Source: a virus
Taxonomy: Duplodnaviria; Caudoviricetes
Virus record (IMG/VR): IMGVR_UViG_3300022917_000008
Span: 91,658-155,657 of that record
Reading direction: 5' to 3' (one strand)
DNA: 64,000 bases
A model generated the notes under the pieces. It made no database searches. It saw only the letters and a program-made list of their open reading frames with translations, and was not told the origin of the DNA. A program made the position numbers and the translations under genes. This document shows positions 19,484 to 28,727 of the stretch, piece after piece. Numbering within the stretch: the stretch's first letter is position 1; each line of letters starts with the position of its first letter.

Positions 19484-20396
19484 TATTTCGTATATCACTT
19501 TGGACCAATTAATGGCCTCAGTTGAAAGTGATCTGGATTCCTTTGCAGATGAAGGTATGATCAACAGGGGTAAGGTCATCAAGGTGGTTAGAAGGGTTAA
19601 TGAGGACTTAGGTCTAAAGATAAACAGGGAGAAGCAGGCCATTATTGAGGTTAAGAACCACAAGGCTGATCTACCTGCAGACTTCATGTATCTGCAGTTA
19701 GCCTTCATGTGTGGTAGAAAAGTGGAGTACCATAGCAATGCAGGAGAGACACTAGGGAATCTAACTGAGGAATGGGATCATCCCAAAGGCATTAGCCCTG
19801 TGGTAGCTCTATGTGATCCACTAAGGGCAGGAGAGCAGGTCAATGATTGTGGTGGACACTTCTATGTAACACAGAGATGGCAGGAGAAAATAGTACAGTA
19901 CAATGATCCCAGGCCTATCAGATTAACAGCTGGGGCTCTCAAACATTGTACAGATGAGTCTTGGCATCACTGGGGTACAAGAGGAGCAGCTGAATATGAG
20001 CTGGATATAGATGAAGGTACAATCACCACTACCTTTGAAGAAGGTACCTTATACCTCAACTATCTTAGTGACATGGTGGATGATGACAACAATGTACTAA
20101 TCCTTGATCATCCTCTACTAACAGAGTATTATGAGTATGCAGTGAAGAAGCATCTGCTGGAGAACTGGTTACTCAATAGTAATGCAGATGTAGCTCAAAG
20201 GTTAGGATATGTTAAGCAGGAGCTAAGGGATGCAAGGCTCACAGCACTAAACTTTGTGAACACAATTGAATATAGTCAGATAAGGGATTTCTACAGACAG
20301 AATAGGTTGCAGTTTGCTAAGAAGTACTACAGGATGTTTAGCGACTACAATGATTCTCATGGCAGATATCCCACCTATCCATCAGCTTATGCCTAA
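19476..20396 (+). CDS. Tail tubular / ring protein (crAss Ttub-like)
   Basis: ATG 19476; ITLDQL, KADLPADF, LYLNYLSDMVDD..VLILDHP and YYEYAVK motifs. Confidence 0.78.
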   Translation: MANISYITLDQLMASVESDLDSFADEGMINRGKVIKVVRRVNEDLGLKINREKQAIIEVKNHKADLPADFMYLQLAFMCGRKVEYHSNAGETLGNLTEEWDHPKGISPVVALCDPLRAGEQVNDCGGHFYVTQRWQEKIVQYNDPRPIRLTAGALKHCTDESWHHWGTRGAAEYELDIDEGTITTTFEEGTLYLNYLSDMVDDDNNVLILDHPLLTEYYEYAVKKHLLENWLLNSNADVAQRLGYVKQELRDARLTALNFVNTIEYSQIRDFYRQNRLQFAKKYYRMFSDYNDSHGRYPTYPSAYA

Positions 20397-20772
20397 GAGA
20401 GTAATAAAGAGAGGAGTTTTCACTGTTGATCTGTACAAAGTAGTCATAGAAGTGACTGTACTTGCTACAGCAAAGGATGTTTCATACAAGGCAAGACAAC
20501 TGTTCAGGAAGTATGGATGGGACCCTAGTGAGGTTGCTAAAGAGTGTTATGGGTATGCTCTCAACTTCTCCCAGCATCCTGCTGATTTCTACATACTACT
20601 TACCACTGAGAATCTCACAGTGAACACAATCACACATGAGGTAGACCATGTAAGGCAACATATTATGAACTTCCTAAGTCTAACTGGGGAAGAAGAATCA
20701 GCAAACCTAAGTGGATATATCAATGAGAAAGTATTTGGCTTTCTTCAAAAGAACAACTTACAGATAACCTAA
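20389..20772 (+). CDS. Small zincin-like metallopeptidase
   Basis: THEVDH (HExxH) with a downstream EESA third-ligand helix; ATG 20389 overlaps the upstream stop. Confidence 0.65.
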   Translation: MPKRVIKRGVFTVDLYKVVIEVTVLATAKDVSYKARQLFRKYGWDPSEVAKECYGYALNFSQHPADFYILLTTENLTVNTITHEVDHVRQHIMNFLSLTGEEESANLSGYINEKVFGFLQKNNLQIT

Positions 20773-23700
20773 TGGCTGACAACTCACCACTGGATGTAAA
20801 GACTAATGTCCCCCAAAAGGGGCTGGTTACAGACCTACTGGAAAACACAGTTCCAGGGGAGCTGTGGACCTATGCTAGAAATGTAACCCTCAATAGCCAG
20901 ATAGGGCAGATTGGATTCATGCAGAATGAACCTTCCAATATCCTGTGTGCTGAGGTGCCATATCCTCCTATAGGCTTCATAAGATTGCTTAGTGATAGAT
21001 GGGCTGTATTTAGCACAGATGAGTCAAATAGTGAGATTGGGATATTTGATTCCAAGAACTGTTCTTACACTAAGCTGGTAAATGATTCTTGTTTGGGCTT
21101 CAGCAAGTTCTATCCCATTCAGGGCTCATCTAAGGAGCTATCTGATTGTACTGAGGCAATCTACTGGACAGACAAGAAGAACCCAAGAAGGTACCTCAAA
21201 TTGGCTCAGGTGCCCTATAAATACACCTTGGACACTGATGCCTGCCAAACCAAGTTATTTACCAATGAATTGGATTGTGATGCTTTACTTATAGACAAGC
21301 ATTTCTCCTTACCCCTAATTAACTCAACACTAGGGCCTGGAGGCAATCTGAAGAATGGTACCTACGAGTTTGCCATAGCCTATACCATAAACAGGGAGAG
21401 AGTAACTGATTTCTATGGAATGACAAACCCACAGCCAATCTGGTCTCACCAGAACTATGGGCAGTCTATTAACTTGAATATTGCAGGACTTGATACCCAG
21501 TTTGCTGAGTATCAGTTGATTGTAGCTTATGAAATTGATCTGGTGGTCAGATACAAATCACTGGGCTATTTCCCTATTGCTACAACTCAACACAATGTCT
21601 CAACCACAGACAGACCTGAATACACAGAACTGTCACTGGATGAAATAATAGTGAAGAGACCAAAGTATCCCTATGCAGATGGGGTTACAAGTAATGATCA
21701 ATATCTACTATGGTATGGAATGACCAGTACTCCTGAGCTTAACTACCAGTTGCAGGCAATGGGTATACTATCCAGATATGTGGTGTATCAGGCCCCAGCT
21801 GATTATTATGCTAAGGGTGGTAGCATAGTTGGTAATTGTAGGGATGAGAATATGGCGTTTGGTATACAATGGCTACTACCAACAGGAGAATGGAGTTCTG
21901 CTTTCCATATACCTGGTCCCAAACCCAGTGCAAATGATCTTGGTTTAGCTAGTGGACCTAATGTCTATGAGGCTGATCTTGATCCAAAAGCAGTAGTGAG
22001 GAACTGGCAAGTAACCAATACTGCTGGTCCCTTAGTTAAGTCAAAGCTTAGTGATCCACAGGTGTTAGGAGAAGGTACAGTTGGTGTATACCTGAGTGCA
22101 GAAACATATCCAGATAACAGGACAATGTTTGGAGATGATGCATGTACTCCCATAAGACACCATAGAATGCCTGACTCTACTAAGGTGCATATACATGCAA
22201 ATAGTGGACAGTCCATCAACATCCTGGGAATGAGGTTCGAGAACATTGAACACCCCAAGGATGCTCAAGGTAAGTACATTACAGGTATTACTGCATATAG
22301 GATTGTAAGAGCAGATAGAAGAGGCAACAAGACTGTAATTGCTAATGGACTAGTGAGTAATGTAAGAGCATACAATGAGACAAATAGGGAAGTGATGTAT
22401 GCTAACTATGGTTACAATGACCTAAGAGCAGATAGCTTCCTTGGCACTAAGCAGGTTAGTAATGGAGACGGTGGGTATGTGCCTCTTACAAAGTACTACA
22501 ACAGTAGGTTCAACTTCTATGGTCCACACACACAGTTCAATCATATAGGCCTTGGTACTGAGATACAATTCTACACTGAGGAGATAGCACAGGTGGAAGG
22601 CTTCTTTGAGTATGCATATAGACATCCTAAAGCTAAACTGTTGACACAGTTTGATATGTACTTTGCTCTGATCATAGGAGCACTAGATGGATATTATGCT
22701 GCTAGCGGAAAGAGAGGGGTAGTAACCACACATGTTAACAATTCACAGACTAGCATAGAACTGGGTACTGGGGTACTAACAAGTCCAAGTGGTCCTGTAA
22801 CTGCAACACCAGGTTCTATTGCTGTAACCAATGCACAAACAACCAGTGCAGTTAATGACGCACTACAGTTTGTGTCTGGTACAAGTGTAGGTGGAGGAGG
22901 TGTAGCAGGCACTGCTTCATCATTTGGTGAAAGAGTGATTAGAGCACTAGCAGAAGTAGGTGTGTTTGCATACTTTGCTTTACAGACTGCTAACAGGGTA
23001 CTGGACATAATAAGTGAGGCTTCTCCTTACCAACAGTATGCAATGCAGTACAATTCCCATGGGTTCTTCAATGACTATAGGAATGTACCTGTTGATAATA
23101 GAAGAAGATATCTTCCCTTCTACCAGTACTTGTATGATGGATTGAATACAGTGGAAGACCAGGTATTCAATAACTTCAAGAGGGAGAACTCAGTGTATCT
23201 GAGAATAGCTAAGGACATAGATGAACCAGTTACAATTGATGACACAAGAAAGACGCTGGTTGAGTTTGGACTTTGTAAGAATCCCCTAGCTCAGGTTAAC
23301 TCTACTGCATCCATGTTCTATGTAGGGATAAAGAGAAACAATCCCAACCAGTATGGAGCTATAGATAGTGTGCAATACCTAGATACAGGGTACCTTGATA
23401 CTACTCTACTCAACCAGGCTGCAGTAGGAAGTAAGGAGATGCAATACGCAACTGGACCTGTGTTTGGAGGGGATACCTACATTAATAGGATGACTACAAG
23501 AAGGAGTCACCATTTCTTCTCCACATTCTTGCATGATGTAGCAGACACTTTCATAATAGACTACAGATTGTATAGGAATGTGGCTTATCCTAGGTACTGG
23601 ATAAATAGCACTCCCTATGATATGAGTGAGTTTGTATCTCTGAACCCTACTAAGTCCCACACACCAGCTTCACATCACAACTTGAACTGTGAAGGTAACA

Positions 23701-25409
23701 GTGGATTTGGTAGTATTACAGTAGTGAAGGATCAATTCTTCTACCTATTCAATAGTGGAGTAATTGACTTCTTCTGTGAAAGTGATTACAACTTGGATTA
23801 CAGGGACTGGACTACTGACTTCCCAACGTTCTACTCAAGGTTCAATAGTGATCTTAGTAGTATATTCAGGACAGACAGGATTGAACTAAGGGAAGAATAC
23901 AAGTATGATCTTAGCTACTCCAAGTTATTGACAGAGAATTACATAGTGCAGCAAAGGGTAGACTACAATCCAACCACTGATAGCACATGCTTCCAGTATG
24001 TAAAGAATAGAGTAGTATACTCCCTACCTGCATTTAAGGATCAAAGAGCAGACAATTGGTTGGTGTATCTTGCAGAGAACTATTGGGACTTCCCAATGAC
24101 TGAGTTTGGTGCATTAACAGCTGTGCACCCAATAGACAATCAGCAACTGATGTTCCTGTTTGATAAGGCAGGACCTTATGTATCAATAGGTAGAGATGAA
24201 TTACAGTTGGATGGAAGTGGTAAGAAGATAACATTGGGAGATGGAGGACTATTCTCAAGACCACCCAGACCCATAGCATTTAGTGATTACTACTATGCTA
24301 ACTGCCAATCAAGATGGGCATTTGTTAACACACCATTTGGCTCATACTATCCATCAGAAAGACAAGGGAACCTATTCAAGTATTTCCCAATAGCATACAG
24401 AAACCCAATAACAGAGGTAACAGCTGGGGTAATGGATTATTGGTTCAACCAGTACCTACCATCAAACCTGGAAGTGCAGTTCCCTAACTACAAACACTTG
24501 GACAAACCTTCACTAGGTACTGCAATAGTATCTGCATTTGATGGCTCATCTGGTGTGTATTATTTAACAAAGAGAGATTATAGACTAAAAGATGTTTATG
24601 TAGACAGAGTTACTTATGACCCCACTACAGACAGATTTAAAGTGGATGGGCATAATGGTCCAACACTTGGGGACCCTGAATACTTTGAAGATGCTTCATG
24701 GACTGTATCCTATGATGCCAGGTCAGGCCAATTCATTAGTTGGCATGACTGGCACCCAGAATGGATGCTGCAAACAGAGAAACACTTCATCACAGCAAAA
24801 GGGTTAGGCCTATGGAAACACAATGAGAACTGTACCAGTTTTTGTAATTTCTATGGGAGTGACTATCCTTTTGAGGTAGAGTTCGTGGTCAATAATGGTC
24901 AGAATGTGGAGATACTCAAGTCCATAGAGTACCAAATGGAAATAGGCCAGTACTACTCTGATTGTAGGAACTTCCATACAGTACTGGATGACAACTTTGA
25001 CTATCTAATAGTCTATAACACAGAGCAGTGTAGTGGTCTGCTGCACCTGAACTTACAGTCCAAGAAGGATATGGCTCAGTTACTAGGATATCCTTACTTC
25101 AATCCTGGATTACAGGGTATGGAAATCCTTTATGCAAAGGAAGAACAGAAGCACAGGATAAACATGTTTAGTGATCTGATCAATGATAGAGGAGAGTTTG
25201 ATAAGAAGAACTTCCCTATCTGGCTAACAGATGCTAATGGCTACACGAGAACAATGCCTCCAGTTACAATCAATTACTCTAAGCCTGTGCAATTACAGAA
25301 GAAGTTCAGAAGCACATGGCACAAGATATTCCTTAGTAAGAGTAAGAGTGGTAACAGGAAATACATATTCAAATTCCTAAATGGTAAGGAAAACTATTCA
25401 CCAAGATAA
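20772..25409 (+). CDS. Muzzle / tail stabilisation protein (crAss Tstab-like)
   Basis: 1545 aa with WTYARN, IYWTD, WSSAFHIPG, PIRHHRMPD, FGGDTYI, WTVSYD..ISWHDWHP and CNFYG motifs. Confidence 0.85.
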   Translation: MADNSPLDVKTNVPQKGLVTDLLENTVPGELWTYARNVTLNSQIGQIGFMQNEPSNILCAEVPYPPIGFIRLLSDRWAVFSTDESNSEIGIFDSKNCSYTKLVNDSCLGFSKFYPIQGSSKELSDCTEAIYWTDKKNPRRYLKLAQVPYKYTLDTDACQTKLFTNELDCDALLIDKHFSLPLINSTLGPGGNLKNGTYEFAIAYTINRERVTDFYGMTNPQPIWSHQNYGQSINLNIAGLDTQFAEYQLIVAYEIDLVVRYKSLGYFPIATTQHNVSTTDRPEYTELSLDEIIVKRPKYPYADGVTSNDQYLLWYGMTSTPELNYQLQAMGILSRYVVYQAPADYYAKGGSIVGNCRDENMAFGIQWLLPTGEWSSAFHIPGPKPSANDLGLASGPNVYEADLDPKAVVRNWQVTNTAGPLVKSKLSDPQVLGEGTVGVYLSAETYPDNRTMFGDDACTPIRHHRMPDSTKVHIHANSGQSINILGMRFENIEHPKDAQGKYITGITAYRIVRADRRGNKTVIANGLVSNVRAYNETNREVMYANYGYNDLRADSFLGTKQVSNGDGGYVPLTKYYNSRFNFYGPHTQFNHIGLGTEIQFYTEEIAQVEGFFEYAYRHPKAKLLTQFDMYFALIIGALDGYYAASGKRGVVTTHVNNSQTSIELGTGVLTSPSGPVTATPGSIAVTNAQTTSAVNDALQFVSGTSVGGGGVAGTASSFGERVIRALAEVGVFAYFALQTANRVLDIISEASPYQQYAMQYNSHGFFNDYRNVPVDNRRRYLPFYQYLYDGLNTVEDQVFNNFKRENSVYLRIAKDIDEPVTIDDTRKTLVEFGLCKNPLAQVNSTASMFYVGIKRNNPNQYGAIDSVQYLDTGYLDTTLLNQAAVGSKEMQYATGPVFGGDTYINRMTTRRSHHFFSTFLHDVADTFIIDYRLYRNVAYPRYWINSTPYDMSEFVSLNPTKSHTPASHHNLNCEGNSGFGSITVVKDQFFYLFNSGVIDFFCESDYNLDYRDWTTDFPTFYSRFNSDLSSIFRTDRIELREEYKYDLSYSKLLTENYIVQQRVDYNPTTDSTCFQYVKNRVVYSLPAFKDQRADNWLVYLAENYWDFPMTEFGALTAVHPIDNQQLMFLFDKAGPYVSIGRDELQLDGSGKKITLGDGGLFSRPPRPIAFSDYYYANCQSRWAFVNTPFGSYYPSERQGNLFKYFPIAYRNPITEVTAGVMDYWFNQYLPSNLEVQFPNYKHLDKPSLGTAIVSAFDGSSGVYYLTKRDYRLKDVYVDRVTYDPTTDRFKVDGHNGPTLGDPEYFEDASWTVSYDARSGQFISWHDWHPEWMLQTEKHFITAKGLGLWKHNENCTSFCNFYGSDYPFEVEFVVNNGQNVEILKSIEYQMEIGQYYSDCRNFHTVLDDNFDYLIVYNTEQCSGLLHLNLQSKKDMAQLLGYPYFNPGLQGMEILYAKEEQKHRINMFSDLINDRGEFDKKNFPIWLTDANGYTRTMPPVTINYSKPVQLQKKFRSTWHKIFLSKSKSGNRKYIFKFLNGKENYSPR

Positions 25410-26218
25410 TGAAACTCAAAGTAAAGGCCACAGGGGGTCCTACAATAGGAACAGGCCAACAGATCAATTGGGATCATGCACTAGCATCCTATGTTGCACA
25501 GAACCTAGCTTCTGGACTGATCTCTAGGCTATCCCCTAATAGCCAGCAGAACACAGTGCAGGAGTTCAATAAGCAACAATACAATCCAATGAACTTCTTG
25601 CCCTACACTTCCAATGTGTCTCAACAAGCACAGTTTGGGTATAGAAGAGGAGGAGCAATAGGTGGATTGGGATACTGGCCACCTAAGAAGATGGAACAAG
25701 GTGGTGAGTTTGATATGACTGATGCTATGAGAAAGTGGATAATGGATGATGCTGAGCAGACTCCACAGCCACAGGAACAGCAGATGCAGGCAGACCAACA
25801 GCAGATGGACCCTAGTATGTATGATGCCTTGCAATATGCACAATTCTCCCAGATGATGGGTGGAGATGAGGATCAACAAGGACCTGTAACTGATGATGAA
25901 CTGTACACCATACTGGGAGATGAGGCAGATGATGGTAGAATGGATCAACTGAAGAAGGGTGGATGGATTCAATCTGCTAATGCCAGTATTAAAAGAAGAG
26001 GAACAAAGGGTGTATGCACAGGTAGTAAGTTTGGTGGACCTAGCTGTAGACCAGGTACAAGAAGATATGCCCTTGCTAAAACATTCAAGAAGATGGCTAG
26101 GAATAGGAAGAGGCATGAAATGGGTGGCCTTGTGAACTTCCAGGAAGGTGGTGAGTATGACCTTCAACCAGAACAAATTATAGGCCTTATAGGTCAGGGA
26201 TATAACATAGAAGTATAA
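25409..26218 (+). CDS. Putative ejected cargo protein with repeated xxxGG motifs
   Basis: Low-complexity protein with YRRGG, MEQGG, LKKGG, HEMGG and FQEGG; follows the muzzle gene. Confidence 0.55.
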   Translation: MKLKVKATGGPTIGTGQQINWDHALASYVAQNLASGLISRLSPNSQQNTVQEFNKQQYNPMNFLPYTSNVSQQAQFGYRRGGAIGGLGYWPPKKMEQGGEFDMTDAMRKWIMDDAEQTPQPQEQQMQADQQQMDPSMYDALQYAQFSQMMGGDEDQQGPVTDDELYTILGDEADDGRMDQLKKGGWIQSANASIKRRGTKGVCTGSKFGGPSCRPGTRRYALAKTFKKMARNRKRHEMGGLVNFQEGGEYDLQPEQIIGLIGQGYNIEV

Positions 26219-26625
26219 TGGACTTTAATCTAGTACAAGCAAAAAGACAAAAGGTTACACTAGGCCCTAGTGGACCCGCAGAGTTCTTTGGCAAACTTAT
26301 GCAAATAAGGGACATTGCCCATCTAACTCACCTTAGGCAGCCTGATCTAAAGTATTCTACACACAAGGCTCTGAACACCTTGTATGATGAAGTGTTAGAC
26401 CTAGTAGATACACTGATAGAATCTTGGCAAGGTATCCATGGGCTGGTAGATGTGGTTATACCAGAGTCAAGATATAGAGATGATCCAGCTACATGGGTAC
26501 AAGAACTGTACTCTTATATAGCATCTAACAGGACACTATTCTCAGAAAGCTGGGTACAGAACCAATTAGATGAAGTAGCAACTCTACTAGCCCAAACATT
26601 ATACAGACTAAAGTATGTACAATAA
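26218..26625 (+). CDS. Dps/ferritin-like four-helix protein (DUF5856-like)
   Basis: AHLTH...HKALNTLYDE..DLVDTLIESWQG...QNQLDE...TLYRL ferroxidase-like pattern. Confidence 0.8.
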   Translation: MDFNLVQAKRQKVTLGPSGPAEFFGKLMQIRDIAHLTHLRQPDLKYSTHKALNTLYDEVLDLVDTLIESWQGIHGLVDVVIPESRYRDDPATWVQELYSYIASNRTLFSESWVQNQLDEVATLLAQTLYRLKYVQ

Positions 26626-28676
26626 TGAAAATCAAAGTAAATAAACTACCAAAGAAGGGATCAGGTGGGCCAATAAACAATATTGCCAACCCCATTCCAT
26701 TCCCATCACTATTCAACATCAATCCTTTTGGGCTGATAAGTACTAACAATACAAACACAAGTGATGATTCCATTACTACTACCCTTCGTCCTATTGATAG
26801 GGATCATGCTAATGTGGAGGCTGAGAAAGGGGAAATGCTAGTCAAAGGAGATATGACTGGTCTATACAAGATAGGAGGTAAGAAGCACTCAAGTGGTGGA
26901 ACCCCTCTACATGTACAGCAAGGAGCATTCATATTCTCTGATGATAAAGGGTTAGCCTTTACCAAAGATGAGAAGGATGTGTTTAACTTCAAGAAGGGTA
27001 CCAGTGAATCTAAGAGGAATAATACTCCAGCTAAGGTACTGAAGAGGGAAGTTGATCCTGAACACTACAATAGGATGGTGACTATTATGCAGGACCCTAA
27101 GAGTAATGACATAGCAAAGCAAACAGCTGCTATAATGTTACAAAAGCATCAGCAAAAGATTGGTCAGGTTGCTCTTGTACAAGAGGCCAAAAAGACTAGA
27201 GCCACACTTCCTCCATTTGCTACAGGTCCTAGTGAACTATCTGTAGGACAGAGGGAAGCAGTAGAAGCTGGTGCAGAGAAGATGTATGCAGCTTTAGGTG
27301 GATTTGTACCACAGATGGATGAAGGAGGGTATCCTCCTGACAAGACTGGTAAATGGGCTGGTGACTTTAGGAGGAGCAAGAACCCAAAGAGTGGGCTTGT
27401 GTCTAACACTTGGAATGCAATGACTGATTTTGCTTCTCCACAAGACTATGCTAATGCAGTAGGATACACTGGTAAGCTAGATGCTAAGGACCCTAATAGT
27501 ATTAAGGGTCTACAGCAGTGGGTAATGCAGAAATACCCTGATCTTGTTAACAAGTACCATGGACCTACACAATATGGCATGCCTGCTACAGGCTCACCAG
27601 ATGATGGTAAGTTGGGTGTAAGGTGGAATGCTATTGGATTGGATATACAGAGGCAGAGAGACCCTAATCCATCTCCTATCCAACCTATTGGACCAACTGG
27701 GGCCACACCTGCTAATCCCATCACAGCTGCTCCACTTGTATCCAAACCCACTACAGGTGGGAACATAGTCCAGGATCAATGGCAAGGCTACAAGTTTGGT
27801 ATGAATGCACAGGAGAAGTTGACTACTGTAGCTCCATTCCTGGCTGCTCTTACACAGAAACCTTACTATGACATGTTGTTGCAAAGGAGTAGTCCTACAG
27901 TAAGACTAGATAGAATGGACCCTACGCAGGAAGTGGCTAATATACAACAGGCAACTTCAGTTACACAAAGGGAAGCAGGACAGAATCTGCCTGGTAGAAT
28001 GGGTGTAGCAGTAGGTGCTAATGCACAGGCTAGGGCTACAAGTGCAATAGACAATGTGTTCCACCAGGTCAATGAAAGAAACCAACAGATTGGTAACCAG
28101 GAAACTGGTATCAACCTACAGAACAAGATGAGAGATCAGGACTTTAATCTGAGCCAGATTCAACAAACCTATAGGAACAATCTGCTAACCCAACAAAGAA
28201 GGGATGAACAGTTAGCCAATGGAGCTACTGCCTCATTGAACAATGGTGTACAGATAGCTAACAGATTGGATGCTATGGGGCTTGCAGCTACACAAGCTGC
28301 TCTTCCTTATATGACAGGAGCTAAGGATGCTAATGGTAATCCCTTGTACTACACTGGAAATGATGGACAGATTCATCAGCAGATTGGTGTGCCTATTGGA
28401 TTCAATGGTGACAGAAGGCCTCTGTTCAATCCTACATTTGGAGGACTGGAGAGTGTTGGTGTGCAACAGGCAGGGCAAAATGCTACAGGGAGAAGTCTTA
28501 ATAACATGCTAATGACTCAGATAAATGAGGCTATGAATGATAGGAGTCCTGAAGGAACCAAGAGGTTATACACTCTACTACTAGGACTTGATAGAACTAA
28601 CAAGCCTAACACTAAGGGAGATACTCCTCTGGAGAATATTATACAAGCTGCAAGGTCTTCATACTATGGTCAGTAA
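26625..28676 (+). CDS. Putative ejected cargo protein
   Basis: ANVEAEKGE...IGGKKHSSGGT motif and Q/N-rich coiled C-terminal half typical of crAss cargo proteins. Confidence 0.65.
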   Translation: MKIKVNKLPKKGSGGPINNIANPIPFPSLFNINPFGLISTNNTNTSDDSITTTLRPIDRDHANVEAEKGEMLVKGDMTGLYKIGGKKHSSGGTPLHVQQGAFIFSDDKGLAFTKDEKDVFNFKKGTSESKRNNTPAKVLKREVDPEHYNRMVTIMQDPKSNDIAKQTAAIMLQKHQQKIGQVALVQEAKKTRATLPPFATGPSELSVGQREAVEAGAEKMYAALGGFVPQMDEGGYPPDKTGKWAGDFRRSKNPKSGLVSNTWNAMTDFASPQDYANAVGYTGKLDAKDPNSIKGLQQWVMQKYPDLVNKYHGPTQYGMPATGSPDDGKLGVRWNAIGLDIQRQRDPNPSPIQPIGPTGATPANPITAAPLVSKPTTGGNIVQDQWQGYKFGMNAQEKLTTVAPFLAALTQKPYYDMLLQRSSPTVRLDRMDPTQEVANIQQATSVTQREAGQNLPGRMGVAVGANAQARATSAIDNVFHQVNERNQQIGNQETGINLQNKMRDQDFNLSQIQQTYRNNLLTQQRRDEQLANGATASLNNGVQIANRLDAMGLAATQAALPYMTGAKDANGNPLYYTGNDGQIHQQIGVPIGFNGDRRPLFNPTFGGLESVGVQQAGQNATGRSLNNMLMTQINEAMNDRSPEGTKRLYTLLLGLDRTNKPNTKGDTPLENIIQAARSSYYGQ

Positions 28677-28690
28677 ACCTAAAGTATTAT

Positions 28691-28721
28691 TTTGCAGTAA
28701 AGAAGAACAGAACTAAATTGC
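28691..28721 (+). promoter_or_regulatory. Bacteroidota-type promoter variant (TTTG-N19-TAAATTGC)
   Basis: Fills the only sizeable gap in the cargo region, directly before ATG 28728. Confidence 0.5.
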
Positions 28722-28727
28722 AACCAA

